IMG/VR virus record: IMGVR_UViG_3300025407_001359
Source: a virus
DNA: 64,000 nucleotides
Reading direction: 5' to 3' (one strand)
Shown piece by piece: positions 46,923-56,403 of this stretch; position 1 is the first letter of the stretch, and every line of letters starts with the position of its first letter. A program made the position numbers and the translations under genes. The notes beneath the pieces were generated by a model. That model searched no databases, was not told the DNA's origin, and saw only the letters and a list, made by a program, of their open reading frames with translations.

Positions 46923-47025
46923 CGGTATTGATAACTATGTATGGTGGATGTTGCAGTTGTATTTTTTACCGTACAGATTGCCCGAGCTTGGTAGTGAAGT
47001 TGATCAGTGGGTCAGTGTTTATAGT

Positions 47026-47745
47026 TTAAACGGCATCAAGAGCGCGAACCTTTGCAAGCCCGCAACGTCTAAGTAGTTGTATATAAGTCCAACCCAAATC
47101 CCATTCCCAAGGTTTCATACTTAATTTGGCACTGGCCGGATCTGCGTGATGATTGTTGTGTAATTCTTCTCCACCAATAAAGAACGCCCAAGGCACAATA
47201 TTAGTTGAGTAATCGTTGGTCCTGGTATTACGATAACCCCACCAGTGACCAAAGCCGTTGATTACACCAGCTGCCCATAATGGAATCCAAACCATTTGCC
47301 ATAACCAAGGCAACCAACCCCAGGCCCAGCCCCATACGGCACAGTTGATAAAGAACATCAACACAATACCCACAAAGTTAAATCTAGTATACACATTGCG
47401 TTCCATCCAGTCGTTGGGTGTGCCGGCTCCATAGGTGTCGACCATTTCTTGATCCCGTGCTGCATCGGCATAATAAAACGCACCACCCAAGAATATTTGC
47501 CAAATGCCGTACACGTGAGGACTATGCGGATCACCTTCTCCATCTGTATAACGATGATGTTTACGATGTGTTGCTACCCATTGCTTGGTAACCATACCAG
47601 TGGTAAGCCACAACCAGAATCGCATAAAGTGTTGTACACGTGTATCAAACGTGACTGATCGATGTGCTTGGCTACGATGTAAATAAAGTGTAACGCAGGC
47701 TATGGTGATGTGAGTCATCACCAGGATGTATAATATTAATGTCAT
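47026..47745 (-). CDS. Membrane fatty-acid desaturase (delta-9/DesA-like)
   Basis: Three His boxes HR.QAH, HRKHH, HNNHH; DPHSP. Confidence 0.92.
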   Translation of the reverse strand: MTLILYILVMTHITIACVTLYLHRSQAHRSVTFDTRVQHFMRFWLWLTTGMVTKQWVATHRKHHRYTDGEGDPHSPHVYGIWQIFLGGAFYYADAARDQEMVDTYGAGTPNDWMERNVYTRFNFVGIVLMFFINCAVWGWAWGWLPWLWQMVWIPLWAAGVINGFGHWWGYRNTRTNDYSTNIVPWAFFIGGEELHNNHHADPASAKLSMKPWEWDLGWTYIQLLRRCGLAKVRALDAV

Positions 47746-47747
47746 TG

Positions 47748-48065
47748 TTAGTCGTTTCCGCCTGATGCTATTTGATCATCTTCGGATTTTTTGTTAATAG
47801 ATTTTTCTGCTTCTACACGTTCGTGTTCAATAGTTTTACCACGTAGGTGTAATACTGTGTTTACTTTTTGATTTAATCTAATTAGATCATTGTCCAACAT
47901 ACGGATACGATCAATAAGAGCAATAAGAACTGTGTTGGCATCCGAAATAACAGGCTTGACTTCGGTAGTGGCCCAATGCCACACATAATGAATAATGTAG
48001 CCCATTCCCACTGCCATGATAATGGGAAAGCCATACTTGTTGATCAGTTCTGCTATATCGCCCAT
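47748..48065 (-). CDS. Small single-TM coiled-coil protein (YvrJ/BhlA holin-like), copy A
   Basis: INKYGFPIIMAVGMGY, then coiled coil. Confidence 0.5.
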   Translation of the reverse strand: MGDIAELINKYGFPIIMAVGMGYIIHYVWHWATTEVKPVISDANTVLIALIDRIRMLDNDLIRLNQKVNTVLHLRGKTIEHERVEAEKSINKKSEDDQIASGGND

Positions 48066-48066
48066 A

Positions 48067-48624
48067 TTACATCCACAACCAGAGGCCCTGGCTCATCAGC
48101 AACAATCCCATTCCGGCAACCAAGAAGCTGGCCCAAAACAGTTCCATACGTACTGCTAGAATACTTGCAGACAACAATACGATTGCCAGTTGATATGCTG
48201 TTGATGCATATCCGATCCAAGGTGATTTCTTTTTAGCCAAATCACGTTCGGCTTCTAATCTCTTTGCCTCTGTGTATAATGCTTTCTTGCCTTCGGTACC
48301 TTCTTCGTAGCTGGCAGCTTTGTCGGCCCATTGTTTGGCCAACACAGGATCTTTGGACTGTTGCGCAGCCAATTCGTACTGTGTTTGTTTGATACTTTTA
48401 GCTTGATAAAAATTCCACAGGTCATTGGCTTTGATAGTATTGTTCATAACAGTACTACTTAAACCGCCGCCAATAACTGTGTTGAATGCCAACAATGCTG
48501 CAAACACGTTGATGACCATACCGGCTTTGTCTTTGATCTTGGCTTCACGTTCGCTACGTGAGCCTGTCAGGGGTTCTTTACGACCCTTGCTGATTAAATT
48601 TAATGCGCTGTCTAATAGACTCAT
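48067..48624 (-). CDS. DUF4337-like membrane protein
   Basis: KANDLWNFYQAKSIK, YQLAIVL.SA; ATG 48624. Confidence 0.65.
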   Translation of the reverse strand: MSLLDSALNLISKGRKEPLTGSRSEREAKIKDKAGMVINVFAALLAFNTVIGGGLSSTVMNNTIKANDLWNFYQAKSIKQTQYELAAQQSKDPVLAKQWADKAASYEEGTEGKKALYTEAKRLEAERDLAKKKSPWIGYASTAYQLAIVLLSASILAVRMELFWASFLVAGMGLLLMSQGLWLWM

Positions 48625-48746
48625 AATATGTATCCTATGATTAATCCTGTTATAAATGCAAATGTCATCCATTTGATCAAATCTTTGTCAGTCCACAGTT
48701 GTTGGTCCAATGGATGATCTCCCGGGTTCCATTTTAAGTTACTCAT
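48621..48746 (-). CDS. Small membrane peptide (41 aa)
   Basis: AGAGGA RBS before ATG 48746; C-terminal TM. Confidence 0.5.
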   Translation of the reverse strand: MSNLKWNPGDHPLDQQLWTDKDLIKWMTFAFITGLIIGYIL

Positions 48747-48927
48747 TGCTGTATCCTCTTGTGAATTTTTCCAATGGGTCCACTTTTTTAAGTAGTCGTG
48801 CGCCACTGTCGGTTGTTACAAGTTGAAACAGATCGCCTTCGTGCCAGCCTAGTTTATCTACTGGCAACTCTTCGTCTAGTTTAAGATAGTTGGGGTATAG
48901 GTCCCAGATATAATCGTAGTGTATCAT
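48739..48927 (-). CDS. Small hypothetical protein (possible AbrB-like fold)
   Basis: KLGWHEGDLFQL motif; overlaps upstream stop. Confidence 0.5.
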   Translation of the reverse strand: MIHYDYIWDLYPNYLKLDEELPVDKLGWHEGDLFQLVTTDSGARLLKKVDPLEKFTRGYSNE

Positions 48928-49208
48928 CAATCTCTCCGGGCATCTGTTTTGCCGTCGGCTCTACTGATACGATCCACATCTGGGCGCAGGCCCAACGCAT
49001 TGCTCACCACAGTATCAATGCGAATCACGTCGTGATTCATTGTTTTTACTCTATTATCTAAAGCAGTAATAATACCAGCCATACCTTTAACGCTGCTGAG
49101 CACACCGCCTAACAATAGCTTGATCGTCAAGAATACAAAGTATCCGCCGGCCAATGCTGCCACTACCGGAAGCCCCAGTTCTCCAATGATCTTGAATATT
49201 TCTCCCAT
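48927..49208 (-). CDS. Small single-TM coiled-coil protein (YvrJ/BhlA holin-like), copy B
   Basis: IGELGLPVVAALAGGY; AAGGAG RBS; minus-strand TAAATA at 49257-49262. Confidence 0.5.
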   Translation of the reverse strand: MGEIFKIIGELGLPVVAALAGGYFVFLTIKLLLGGVLSSVKGMAGIITALDNRVKTMNHDVIRIDTVVSNALGLRPDVDRISRADGKTDARRD

Positions 49209-49259
49209 ACCTGCTCCTTGATACACGACAGCTTGATACTGTTCTTAATGTACAAGTAT

Positions 49260-50483
49260 TTATTGCTTGAGTCGGGATTTTACCTCTAGCAAATATTCTG
49301 GGGACAGTTCAAATCGTTGATGATGGCGGCTGTGGTTATTGGGTGTACGGCCAACGTTGATTTGATCCAATATATTAGCAAAATTATCAACCAATTCGTC
49401 AACAATCGTGTCTTTAAAACGGCCGTAAAAGTGATGGAAATTGTATTCCAGCGTTTCTTGCATTTCTATATGCATTGTTTTTAATTCCTCTGGCGTCAAT
49501 GCACACAAGCGTTTGATTTGTTCTGTGATATTTTCTATGCGTATATAATGATCTGGCTCCTCGTCGTAGCTTTCGTCTATCCACTGATCAAATGTACGAA
49601 ACCCGTAGCTCTTTAAATAGGCCAAGTTACCTGGAGCTGCTGCCAGTATAAACGGACGCCGACTCACGATAGGTTTAAAGATCTTTTCTGTCAGGTGTAG
49701 CTTGGGATCGTAGTAAATGGTTTCTGTCACTATGTGCCACAGCGCACTGGTCAACTCATCCAGGTTAACATTGGCACTGAGAGCGCCATTGGGATTGACA
49801 GTATCTATAATCAGGGGATCTTTGATATCTTTAAGGGCATTGTATATTTTTACCCTTGCACGATTATCCAATGGGTTTTCGGCATCTTGTATGGTTTCCT
49901 GCCAACCGGTGTGAAACAGACTGACACGCCCGTGCTGTAACAAATCTTGATCTATCAAGTTTGAAACCAAATGCAGTCGATATGAACGTAAATTTGACGT
50001 CAAGTGATTGTAGCATATAAATACTTTAGAATATCGATTAAAAGAATCTGAGTTTACATACTGAAAATCTCTATACCAATCTAACGTGGCAAATCCGTGA
50101 AAGAAATAATACCAATTATAGAACTTGTTTTGTTTTGCATAGTCCAAAACAACACCGGATCTTTCACTGGTTGCCAACAGGTTGATCTGAGTAGGTCTTG
50201 ACATTTCTCGATCCAGTGTGAGTATAGACTTTTTTACTTCTGTGGTGGTATAATCATAGAAGGGTTCTTGATCAAAAAAGTAACAATGAAAAAACGTTTT
50301 ATCAGCTTGCCAGTGATGATTCCAAACAAAGGGTTTTTGATTTTCGCTGGTATCAACAGAGTCGCTTAAGAATACGGTATTTTGGTAAGTGCCAAATGGG
50401 TAAAAATACACACTACGCCCATTTCTAAATTGAGAAATTAAGTTGCTGTGAAGAATGTTATAGAATCTGTCTAAGGAGAACAT
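49260..50483 (-). CDS. Glycosyltransferase-like protein (GT10-like motif), paralogue 2
   Basis: HIVTET.....HLTEKIFKPIVSRRPF...GFRTFD.WIDESYD; start trimmed to ATG 50483. Confidence 0.5.
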   Translation of the reverse strand: MFSLDRFYNILHSNLISQFRNGRSVYFYPFGTYQNTVFLSDSVDTSENQKPFVWNHHWQADKTFFHCYFFDQEPFYDYTTTEVKKSILTLDREMSRPTQINLLATSERSGVVLDYAKQNKFYNWYYFFHGFATLDWYRDFQYVNSDSFNRYSKVFICYNHLTSNLRSYRLHLVSNLIDQDLLQHGRVSLFHTGWQETIQDAENPLDNRARVKIYNALKDIKDPLIIDTVNPNGALSANVNLDELTSALWHIVTETIYYDPKLHLTEKIFKPIVSRRPFILAAAPGNLAYLKSYGFRTFDQWIDESYDEEPDHYIRIENITEQIKRLCALTPEELKTMHIEMQETLEYNFHHFYGRFKDTIVDELVDNFANILDQINVGRTPNNHSRHHQRFELSPEYLLEVKSRLKQ

Positions 50484-50486
50484 CGA

Positions 50487-51704
50487 ATGAATGTAGGGTT
50501 TATTGGTATTGGTAAATTGGGTATGGCTTGTGCCGAAGTAATGGCCAGCAAGCACACAGTAACTGGTTATGATATTTATCCACGCACTAGCGACAAAATT
50601 AAGATTGCAACCAATCTTGAAGAAGCGGTAACCGGTAAAGATCTCATCTTTATTGCGGTACAAACACCGCACGATCCTATTTACGGCGGCGATCAACCTA
50701 TTACTCATTTACGCAACAAAGATTTTGATTACACAATCGTAAATCAAGTGTTGGCAGATGTCAATCAATATGCCAAACCCGAACAATTAGTAGTCCTTAT
50801 CTCAACAGTTCTTCCCGGCACTACACGGCGCGAACTGAGGAACAACATTACCAATGCACGTTTCATTTACAATCCTTACCTTATTGCTATGGGATCAGTT
50901 GAATGGGACATGGTCAACCCCGAGATGGTTATGATTGGTACCGAAGACGGTAGCGAAACTGGCGATGCTAGAGAGCTGATTGACTTCTATAAAACAATAA
51001 TGGAGAACGACCCACGTTACGTAGTTGGTACCTGGGACGAAGTAGAATGTATCAAAGTGTTTTACAACACATTCATTAGTGCCAAGATTGGCCTGGTCAA
51101 TATGATACAAGACGTGGCTATCAAACAAGGCAACATCAACGTGGACGTGGTCACTGCGGCATTGGCCAACAGTACTATGCGTATCATGGGACCCAAGTAT
51201 ATGACAGCAGGTATGGGCGACGCAGGACCTTGCCATCCACGCGACAACATTGCCTTGCGTTACCTAGCAGAAACGCTGGACATTGGTTACGATATTTTTG
51301 ACACCATCATGAAAGCACGTGAACAACAGGCAAAAAATATGGCACGTTTTATCTATGACCATTGCGAAGGACTGCCAGTGTACATTCACGGTAAAGCATA
51401 CAAACCGGGTGTAGAATATCTTGAAGGCAGTTACAGTCTGTTGGTAGGTTACTATTTAAAAGAGATGGGCATTGATCCGGTCTACATTGATCCCTTGACT
51501 GAACCTTCAAATCCGTCGGTTGTTAAAGGTTGCATCTTGTTGGCACACAATCAACAGGTGACCTATGGCTATGCTGGAGTTACTGAAAATCAACCTACCT
51601 ATTGCATTTTTGACCAGGGCAGTATCGTTATTGATCCTTGGCGCCGGTATCCACAGAACGGTAATCTTCGAGTTATACATTATGGCAACACCCGTGCTAA
51701 TTAA
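50487..51704 (+). CDS. ugd: UDP-glucose/GDP-mannose dehydrogenase family protein
   Basis: GIGKLG Rossmann, STVLPGTT, catalytic Lys (IKVFYN), Cys in GPCHPRD, AYKP. Confidence 0.88.
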   Translation: MNVGFIGIGKLGMACAEVMASKHTVTGYDIYPRTSDKIKIATNLEEAVTGKDLIFIAVQTPHDPIYGGDQPITHLRNKDFDYTIVNQVLADVNQYAKPEQLVVLISTVLPGTTRRELRNNITNARFIYNPYLIAMGSVEWDMVNPEMVMIGTEDGSETGDARELIDFYKTIMENDPRYVVGTWDEVECIKVFYNTFISAKIGLVNMIQDVAIKQGNINVDVVTAALANSTMRIMGPKYMTAGMGDAGPCHPRDNIALRYLAETLDIGYDIFDTIMKAREQQAKNMARFIYDHCEGLPVYIHGKAYKPGVEYLEGSYSLLVGYYLKEMGIDPVYIDPLTEPSNPSVVKGCILLAHNQQVTYGYAGVTENQPTYCIFDQGSIVIDPWRRYPQNGNLRVIHYGNTRAN

Positions 51705-52200
51705 ATATCACATTGAACGGTTCTGGGACGACGAGTTTAAAAACTTAAACTATGTCAACGAACCTTTCAACGACAATGCCAATGCACGTCACTGGATTGA
51801 ATTGGGTTTTCCTCCCAAGTTCACTGGAGATATGTGTGATATGCGTGGCACACAACCTAGTTGGAACAACAAGTTTGTAGAAATATATGAAACGCTGGGT
51901 TGGAAAGACATTGGTACCAGTTACTATCGTATGGGCCCGGGTACTGTGTTGCCCACACATAGTGATCTATATGTAAAATATGTTGAGCTGTTTGGCTTGC
52001 AAGGTCGAGAAGAAACTATACGCCGCGCCATTGTGTTTTTGGAAGATTGGCAACCAGGGCATTATGCCGAATACCTAGACGTACCTTTTGTGAATTGGTC
52101 TGCCGGAGCCACAGTAGAATGGCAGTACGATACCAGCCATATGGCAGCCAACGTGGGTTCAACTCCGCGATATACACTTCAAATTACAGGGCACTTATGA
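51682..52200 (+). CDS. 2OG-Fe(II)/cupin oxygenase-like protein
   Basis: LPTHSD (HxD), RAIVFL, TSHMAAN, RYTLQITG. Confidence 0.65.
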   Translation: MATPVLIKYHIERFWDDEFKNLNYVNEPFNDNANARHWIELGFPPKFTGDMCDMRGTQPSWNNKFVEIYETLGWKDIGTSYYRMGPGTVLPTHSDLYVKYVELFGLQGREETIRRAIVFLEDWQPGHYAEYLDVPFVNWSAGATVEWQYDTSHMAANVGSTPRYTLQITGHL

Positions 52201-53111
52201 TCAGCAGTTACAACGAGTGGGACACCCTTCGATCCATAGTGGTTGGGTCAGCCAATTATGCAAACTGGCCCAGTGACGATCCAGTATTTGCTCTAGAGTC
52301 AGAAAAGACCTTGTGGAAAGAAACACCGGTACCTTCAGGTCCGGTACCCAAGCACATTGTTGATGAGTCTAATCAGGATCTTGATATACTAGCAAAAACT
52401 CTAGTTAGTCTAGGTGTAGAAGTACACAGACCCAGCAATAGAAATTATCGACTGACTGGTGGTATGTACAACTATTGTCCCAGGGACCGGCTGTTGGTAT
52501 ACGGCAACACAGTGATAGACTGTGCAATGATGTATCCTTGCAGAGATCAAGAAATATTTGCTCTGGATTGTGTGACGAATCACACACAAAATATCATATC
52601 AATGCCCAGAGATCAAGGATTGGTATTGGATGCAGCCAACGTGGCACGGCTAGGTGACAGTATGTTGTTCTTAGAAAGTGCCAGCGGCAATCGAGCAGCA
52701 TATGAATGGCTGTGCAAACAGTTTCCCGATGTAAACATTGAACTGTGCAATTTTTATGCAGGTGTACATATTGACAGCACTATTGTACCATTGCGCGAAG
52801 GCTTGGTCATGCTGAATGCATCACGTGTTACTGAAGCAACTTGCCCCCGAGTATTTGATGGTTGGAACAAGATATATGTCAAGGATGTGGTAGCACAGGA
52901 CTTTTATCAATATCCCTATGCCAGCAAATGGATCGCTATGAATATGTTAGTAGTTGATCCCAATACTGTTATTGTAGATAAGAACCAACCCAAGCTGATT
53001 AAAACATTAGAGAACTGGCATTTTACAGTCGTACCCCTGGAATTGCGTCACAGTCGTACACTAGGCGGTGGATTTCATTGTGTTACACTAGATTTATTAC
53101 GCGGTTTGTAA
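52197..53111 (+). CDS. Amidinotransferase (glycine/inosamine-phosphate amidinotransferase family)
   Basis: SYNEWDTLR..VVG, YCPRD, HID, NMLVVD, GGGFHC; ATG 52197. Confidence 0.9.
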   Translation: MISSYNEWDTLRSIVVGSANYANWPSDDPVFALESEKTLWKETPVPSGPVPKHIVDESNQDLDILAKTLVSLGVEVHRPSNRNYRLTGGMYNYCPRDRLLVYGNTVIDCAMMYPCRDQEIFALDCVTNHTQNIISMPRDQGLVLDAANVARLGDSMLFLESASGNRAAYEWLCKQFPDVNIELCNFYAGVHIDSTIVPLREGLVMLNASRVTEATCPRVFDGWNKIYVKDVVAQDFYQYPYASKWIAMNMLVVDPNTVIVDKNQPKLIKTLENWHFTVVPLELRHSRTLGGGFHCVTLDLLRGL

Positions 53112-53125
53112 TAAATACTTGCACT

Positions 53126-53860
53126 ATGACATTTACAAACTATACCGATACTATTCTCTCGGCTTTGACATTCAATCCCAAGATTGACGACGTTGTTGCA
53201 CGTAAGCAAGAAATTCTTGACGGAGTTTATCGCGTTGAAAATCTTGAACCGACCTCGGTATTATTTATAGGATTCAATCCAGCCATATTGAGTTGCAAGG
53301 CCAAAACCCTGGCGGTCACAGAAATCAGTGATGCCGCACAGGATTACCTTAAAAGTCGCGGTATAAAATTTACCCATATTGATCCGGCGCATTTGTCGGA
53401 TTATCGCAAGTCTTTTGAGTGTGTTATTGCAATGGACGAGTATTTTACATTTGCGGGTAGTGACCAAGATCAACAAGACGCTATTGCTAAAATTTGTAGT
53501 CTGGCCACAGCGTTTGTGATAAGTACAATACGCGATTATAAAAATATGGATTTTAAAGATCGCGAATTCAGTCAACCGGTGGTGTTACGAAATGGTTCAA
53601 ATACCAAAATGTTCGTAGAAAATCACAGTTGGGATATGAAAGATCGTACCTTGTTTGACACAATGGTTTATGAAGTAGATGAACCAACTAGCAAATTTGC
53701 ATCTTATGGTATATTCCAAAGACGCACAATGTTCTTCAAACAGCTGGCAAAATTTAGTATGGACGCAGGAGCAGTGAATTTCCTCGTACATAAAAACTTG
53801 ATGTACAAGAGTTTAATCAAAAAGAACTACGAGCACGTGGTTAGCATACAATTCGAATAA
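53126..53860 (+). CDS. Methyltransferase-fold-like protein (degenerate)
   Basis: SVLFIG..P, then acidic residue at end of beta-2, FECVIAMDEYF; TAAATA at 53112. Confidence 0.4.
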   Translation: MTFTNYTDTILSALTFNPKIDDVVARKQEILDGVYRVENLEPTSVLFIGFNPAILSCKAKTLAVTEISDAAQDYLKSRGIKFTHIDPAHLSDYRKSFECVIAMDEYFTFAGSDQDQQDAIAKICSLATAFVISTIRDYKNMDFKDREFSQPVVLRNGSNTKMFVENHSWDMKDRTLFDTMVYEVDEPTSKFASYGIFQRRTMFFKQLAKFSMDAGAVNFLVHKNLMYKSLIKKNYEHVVSIQFE

Positions 53861-54948
53861 TGGACATAGATAAACAACTCAAACAAATCGTAGAAAACAT
53901 AATTGCAGAAGTAAACACAAACATACAAAGCCAAGTTGAAAGCATTGTGCGTGAACAGGTTTCTGCCTTGGTGCGTACGATTCCGTTACAAACATACTTC
54001 AATCAAATGTTTGCTGGGTCACTGGCCAACGAACAATTTGAATTTCCAGCCGAGTCAATCCCGGCTGAGTCAGTACAGTCGGCCAATCTACGTATATCTG
54101 GTAGCCAAGTTGCCGGCGGCATCATTGCCAACTTTGGCAGTACCGGTATCGATGACAAAGCTACCGCTTGCCAGCTGACCATACTTGACGATGTCACTGT
54201 GGTTGAAAACAACCTGTTGACCAAGGATCTCACAGTCAAAGGCGCGGCCACTATCGAAGGTTCAACCACAATCGAGGGTGACCTAATTGTTAACGGTCGT
54301 GTGCCTGAATCTAGTCCTATGTATGTGAGCATTGTTAATTCTGTTGCAAACAATGTATTAACCGGACTGGACCAAACGCTGTTCAACAGATATTCCACAC
54401 TGGTATTTCAACAAATTACTCAAAACGGCTTGGACCTTACCAAGATCACTGTCAATGGCCGAGAAGTAATCACAGGTAACACACTGAGCAGTGACATTAC
54501 TGTGAGCAATTTACAAAAGTTGGGAGTATTAAAAGAACTACAAGTCTCGGGCGAAACACTATTGGACGATACCTTGTATGCGGCCAGCAAACGTGTTGGT
54601 ATCAATACACTACAGCCCACACAGGCTTTGGATATTTGGGATCAAGAAATTGAAATTGGTCTTGGTAAATTAGAAAAGAATACTGCCACTATCAGTGTGC
54701 CACGCACTGGGCAACAGTTGGTAATCGACAGCAACGGACAGCGTAACATTACAGTATTGCCAGATGGGTCCACAACTGTAAAAAGATTAAACATTGGTCG
54801 CACATCAATTTACAGCAGTGATCTTCCGCCGGCTGTTGATGAACCCAAGGGTACTGTGGTGTTTAATTCGAATCCCACACTGGGAGGTCCGTTGGGTTGG
54901 GTAAGTCTAGGTGGCGCCAAGTGGGCCAATTTTGGATTTGTTGACTAA
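53860..54948 (+). CDS. Tail-fibre/tailspike-like structural protein
   Basis: LTVKG..TIEG repeats, RVGINT..P, C-terminal FNSNPTLGGPLGWVSLG..W..FG. Confidence 0.55.
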   Translation: MDIDKQLKQIVENIIAEVNTNIQSQVESIVREQVSALVRTIPLQTYFNQMFAGSLANEQFEFPAESIPAESVQSANLRISGSQVAGGIIANFGSTGIDDKATACQLTILDDVTVVENNLLTKDLTVKGAATIEGSTTIEGDLIVNGRVPESSPMYVSIVNSVANNVLTGLDQTLFNRYSTLVFQQITQNGLDLTKITVNGREVITGNTLSSDITVSNLQKLGVLKELQVSGETLLDDTLYAASKRVGINTLQPTQALDIWDQEIEIGLGKLEKNTATISVPRTGQQLVIDSNGQRNITVLPDGSTTVKRLNIGRTSIYSSDLPPAVDEPKGTVVFNSNPTLGGPLGWVSLGGAKWANFGFVD

Positions 54949-56033
54949 CGACCAGTCAGTGCTGCCACAAATGGCTGCTTGAATCGGTCGTACCAATCAG
55001 TGTTGTACATCAAATCAAAGTTGTGATCTACGATTTCTCTGCATTGGTTTAATATTTTTTCCTGATCTTGATCACACAAGGCTTTCAACTGTGCCAATGC
55101 AGTCAATTGACGATTGTATATTCCTTCAACTGCATCATAGCTTTCGTCAATGATACCGTCAAAAGTTCTAAATCCCAACTCACGCAAAAACGCCAGGCTG
55201 TATCTATTGGCCACCAGTATAAATGGTCTACGTGCCAAGATTGGCTTGACTGTTTTTTCTGTAAAGAACACATAGTCTTGGTCGCAATTGGTTTCGCACA
55301 CTAGACTGTATGCGGTCTGATTGTATACAGTCAACGGAATAACCTGACTCAGGCTCATGGTATAACCGTAATAGTTGACCGGGTCAACAGTCCATTGCAC
55401 TTGATCTTGCCCAGATAATCCTTCATCTTCCCATAACCACTGATTTGAATTTTCTGCTGTAAAGGTGGTATTGATGTCATTCATATATGTCACTATACCT
55501 TTGTCTGCCAGACCTTTTGTTTTTATAAAATCGTAGGATCTGTCTCTGTGCAATTTTTTGCGTCCTAGTAGAGCATCAAACACATAAGGTTTTGTATTAT
55601 ACGGTTGAAGTACGTCTAGTGTTTCGGGCCTTATGTTTTTGTAAAAATGTGTAGTGGTCATAAACCACTCAAGGAACAGATGAGTTTTACTGTGTTGCAA
55701 CGGTGGATTCAATCGACCACAGATAAAATATTCAATTTTGGGACGATCAAATTTTCTTATAAAATCAACAGTGACAATATGAAGTTCGCTACCAAGTATC
55801 AGGATTGCATCCACGTGATCGTACAGCTGGTCAATTTGTTGTTCAATGATGTCGTCGTACGGATACGGTATTTGCAAACAAGCAACTTTTCTAGAGTGAT
55901 TGCGACTTATTAAATCAGATGGAGTTCGATAGTAAGACCACTGTTGGCCCGGGCCAACAGATCGTCTAATGTGATGATGAAAAAACCTATTTGACTCGTC
56001 AGATATGTAAATGCCAATATCTTGCGATGTCAT
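54945..56033 (-). CDS. Glycosyltransferase-like protein (GT10-like motif), paralogue 3
   Basis: YSLVCETN...VFFTEKTVKPILARRPF...GFRTFDGIIDESYD. Confidence 0.5.
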   Translation of the reverse strand: MTSQDIGIYISDESNRFFHHHIRRSVGPGQQWSYYRTPSDLISRNHSRKVACLQIPYPYDDIIEQQIDQLYDHVDAILILGSELHIVTVDFIRKFDRPKIEYFICGRLNPPLQHSKTHLFLEWFMTTTHFYKNIRPETLDVLQPYNTKPYVFDALLGRKKLHRDRSYDFIKTKGLADKGIVTYMNDINTTFTAENSNQWLWEDEGLSGQDQVQWTVDPVNYYGYTMSLSQVIPLTVYNQTAYSLVCETNCDQDYVFFTEKTVKPILARRPFILVANRYSLAFLRELGFRTFDGIIDESYDAVEGIYNRQLTALAQLKALCDQDQEKILNQCREIVDHNFDLMYNTDWYDRFKQPFVAALTGR

Positions 56034-56039
56034 TGAATA

Positions 56040-56285
56040 TTACTCAGATTTTGGTTTGCGTGTGGATGCTTTTTTAGCTGGAGTCTTTTTTGCAGCAGGA
56101 GCTTTCTTAGCGGCTGGAGCTTTTTTTGGTTTTGCTTCAGCTACTACCTTGACTTCTTCAGCTTTGACTTCAGCAACTTCTTCTTTAACAGCTTCAACAA
56201 CAGTTTCTTTTTTGCTGAATGCTCTAAATAGAGTATAAGCGATAGCTAAAATTAATACAATTCCTACGATTGTTGTAAAATCCAT
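56040..56285 (-). CDS. Membrane-anchored protein with Lys/Ala/Pro (histone H1-like) tail
   Basis: AGGAG RBS, ATG 56285, TM helix then KKAPAAKKAPAAKK; minus-strand TAAATA at 56315-56320. Confidence 0.65.
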   Translation of the reverse strand: MDFTTIVGIVLILAIAYTLFRAFSKKETVVEAVKEEVAEVKAEEVKVVAEAKPKKAPAAKKAPAAKKTPAKKASTRKPKSE

Positions 56286-56354
56286 TTTAAATCTCCTATT
56301 CGAATAGATAGTATTATTTAGTGAGCTAAATGGACAAATAAAATTATTAAATTG

Positions 56355-56383
56355 TTGCACCGCAAGGTAAATAATGTTATACT
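56355..56383 (+). promoter_or_regulatory. sigma70-like promoter with embedded late box and TGC-rich operator-like sequence
   Basis: TTGCAC-17-TATACT; TAAATA at 56368; TTGTTGCACCGCAA. Confidence 0.55.
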
Positions 56384-56403
56384 ATGAAAATAGTAGCAGT
56401 AAG

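Noticed and set aside
50484-50708. N-terminal extension of the 49260 minus-strand ORF overlapping ugd
   Set aside because: Would overlap 220 bp of the conserved ugd Rossmann fold; ATG 50483 is more parsimonious. Similar upstream extensions at 22766, 52047, 51565, 57035 and 6682 were trimmed for the same reason
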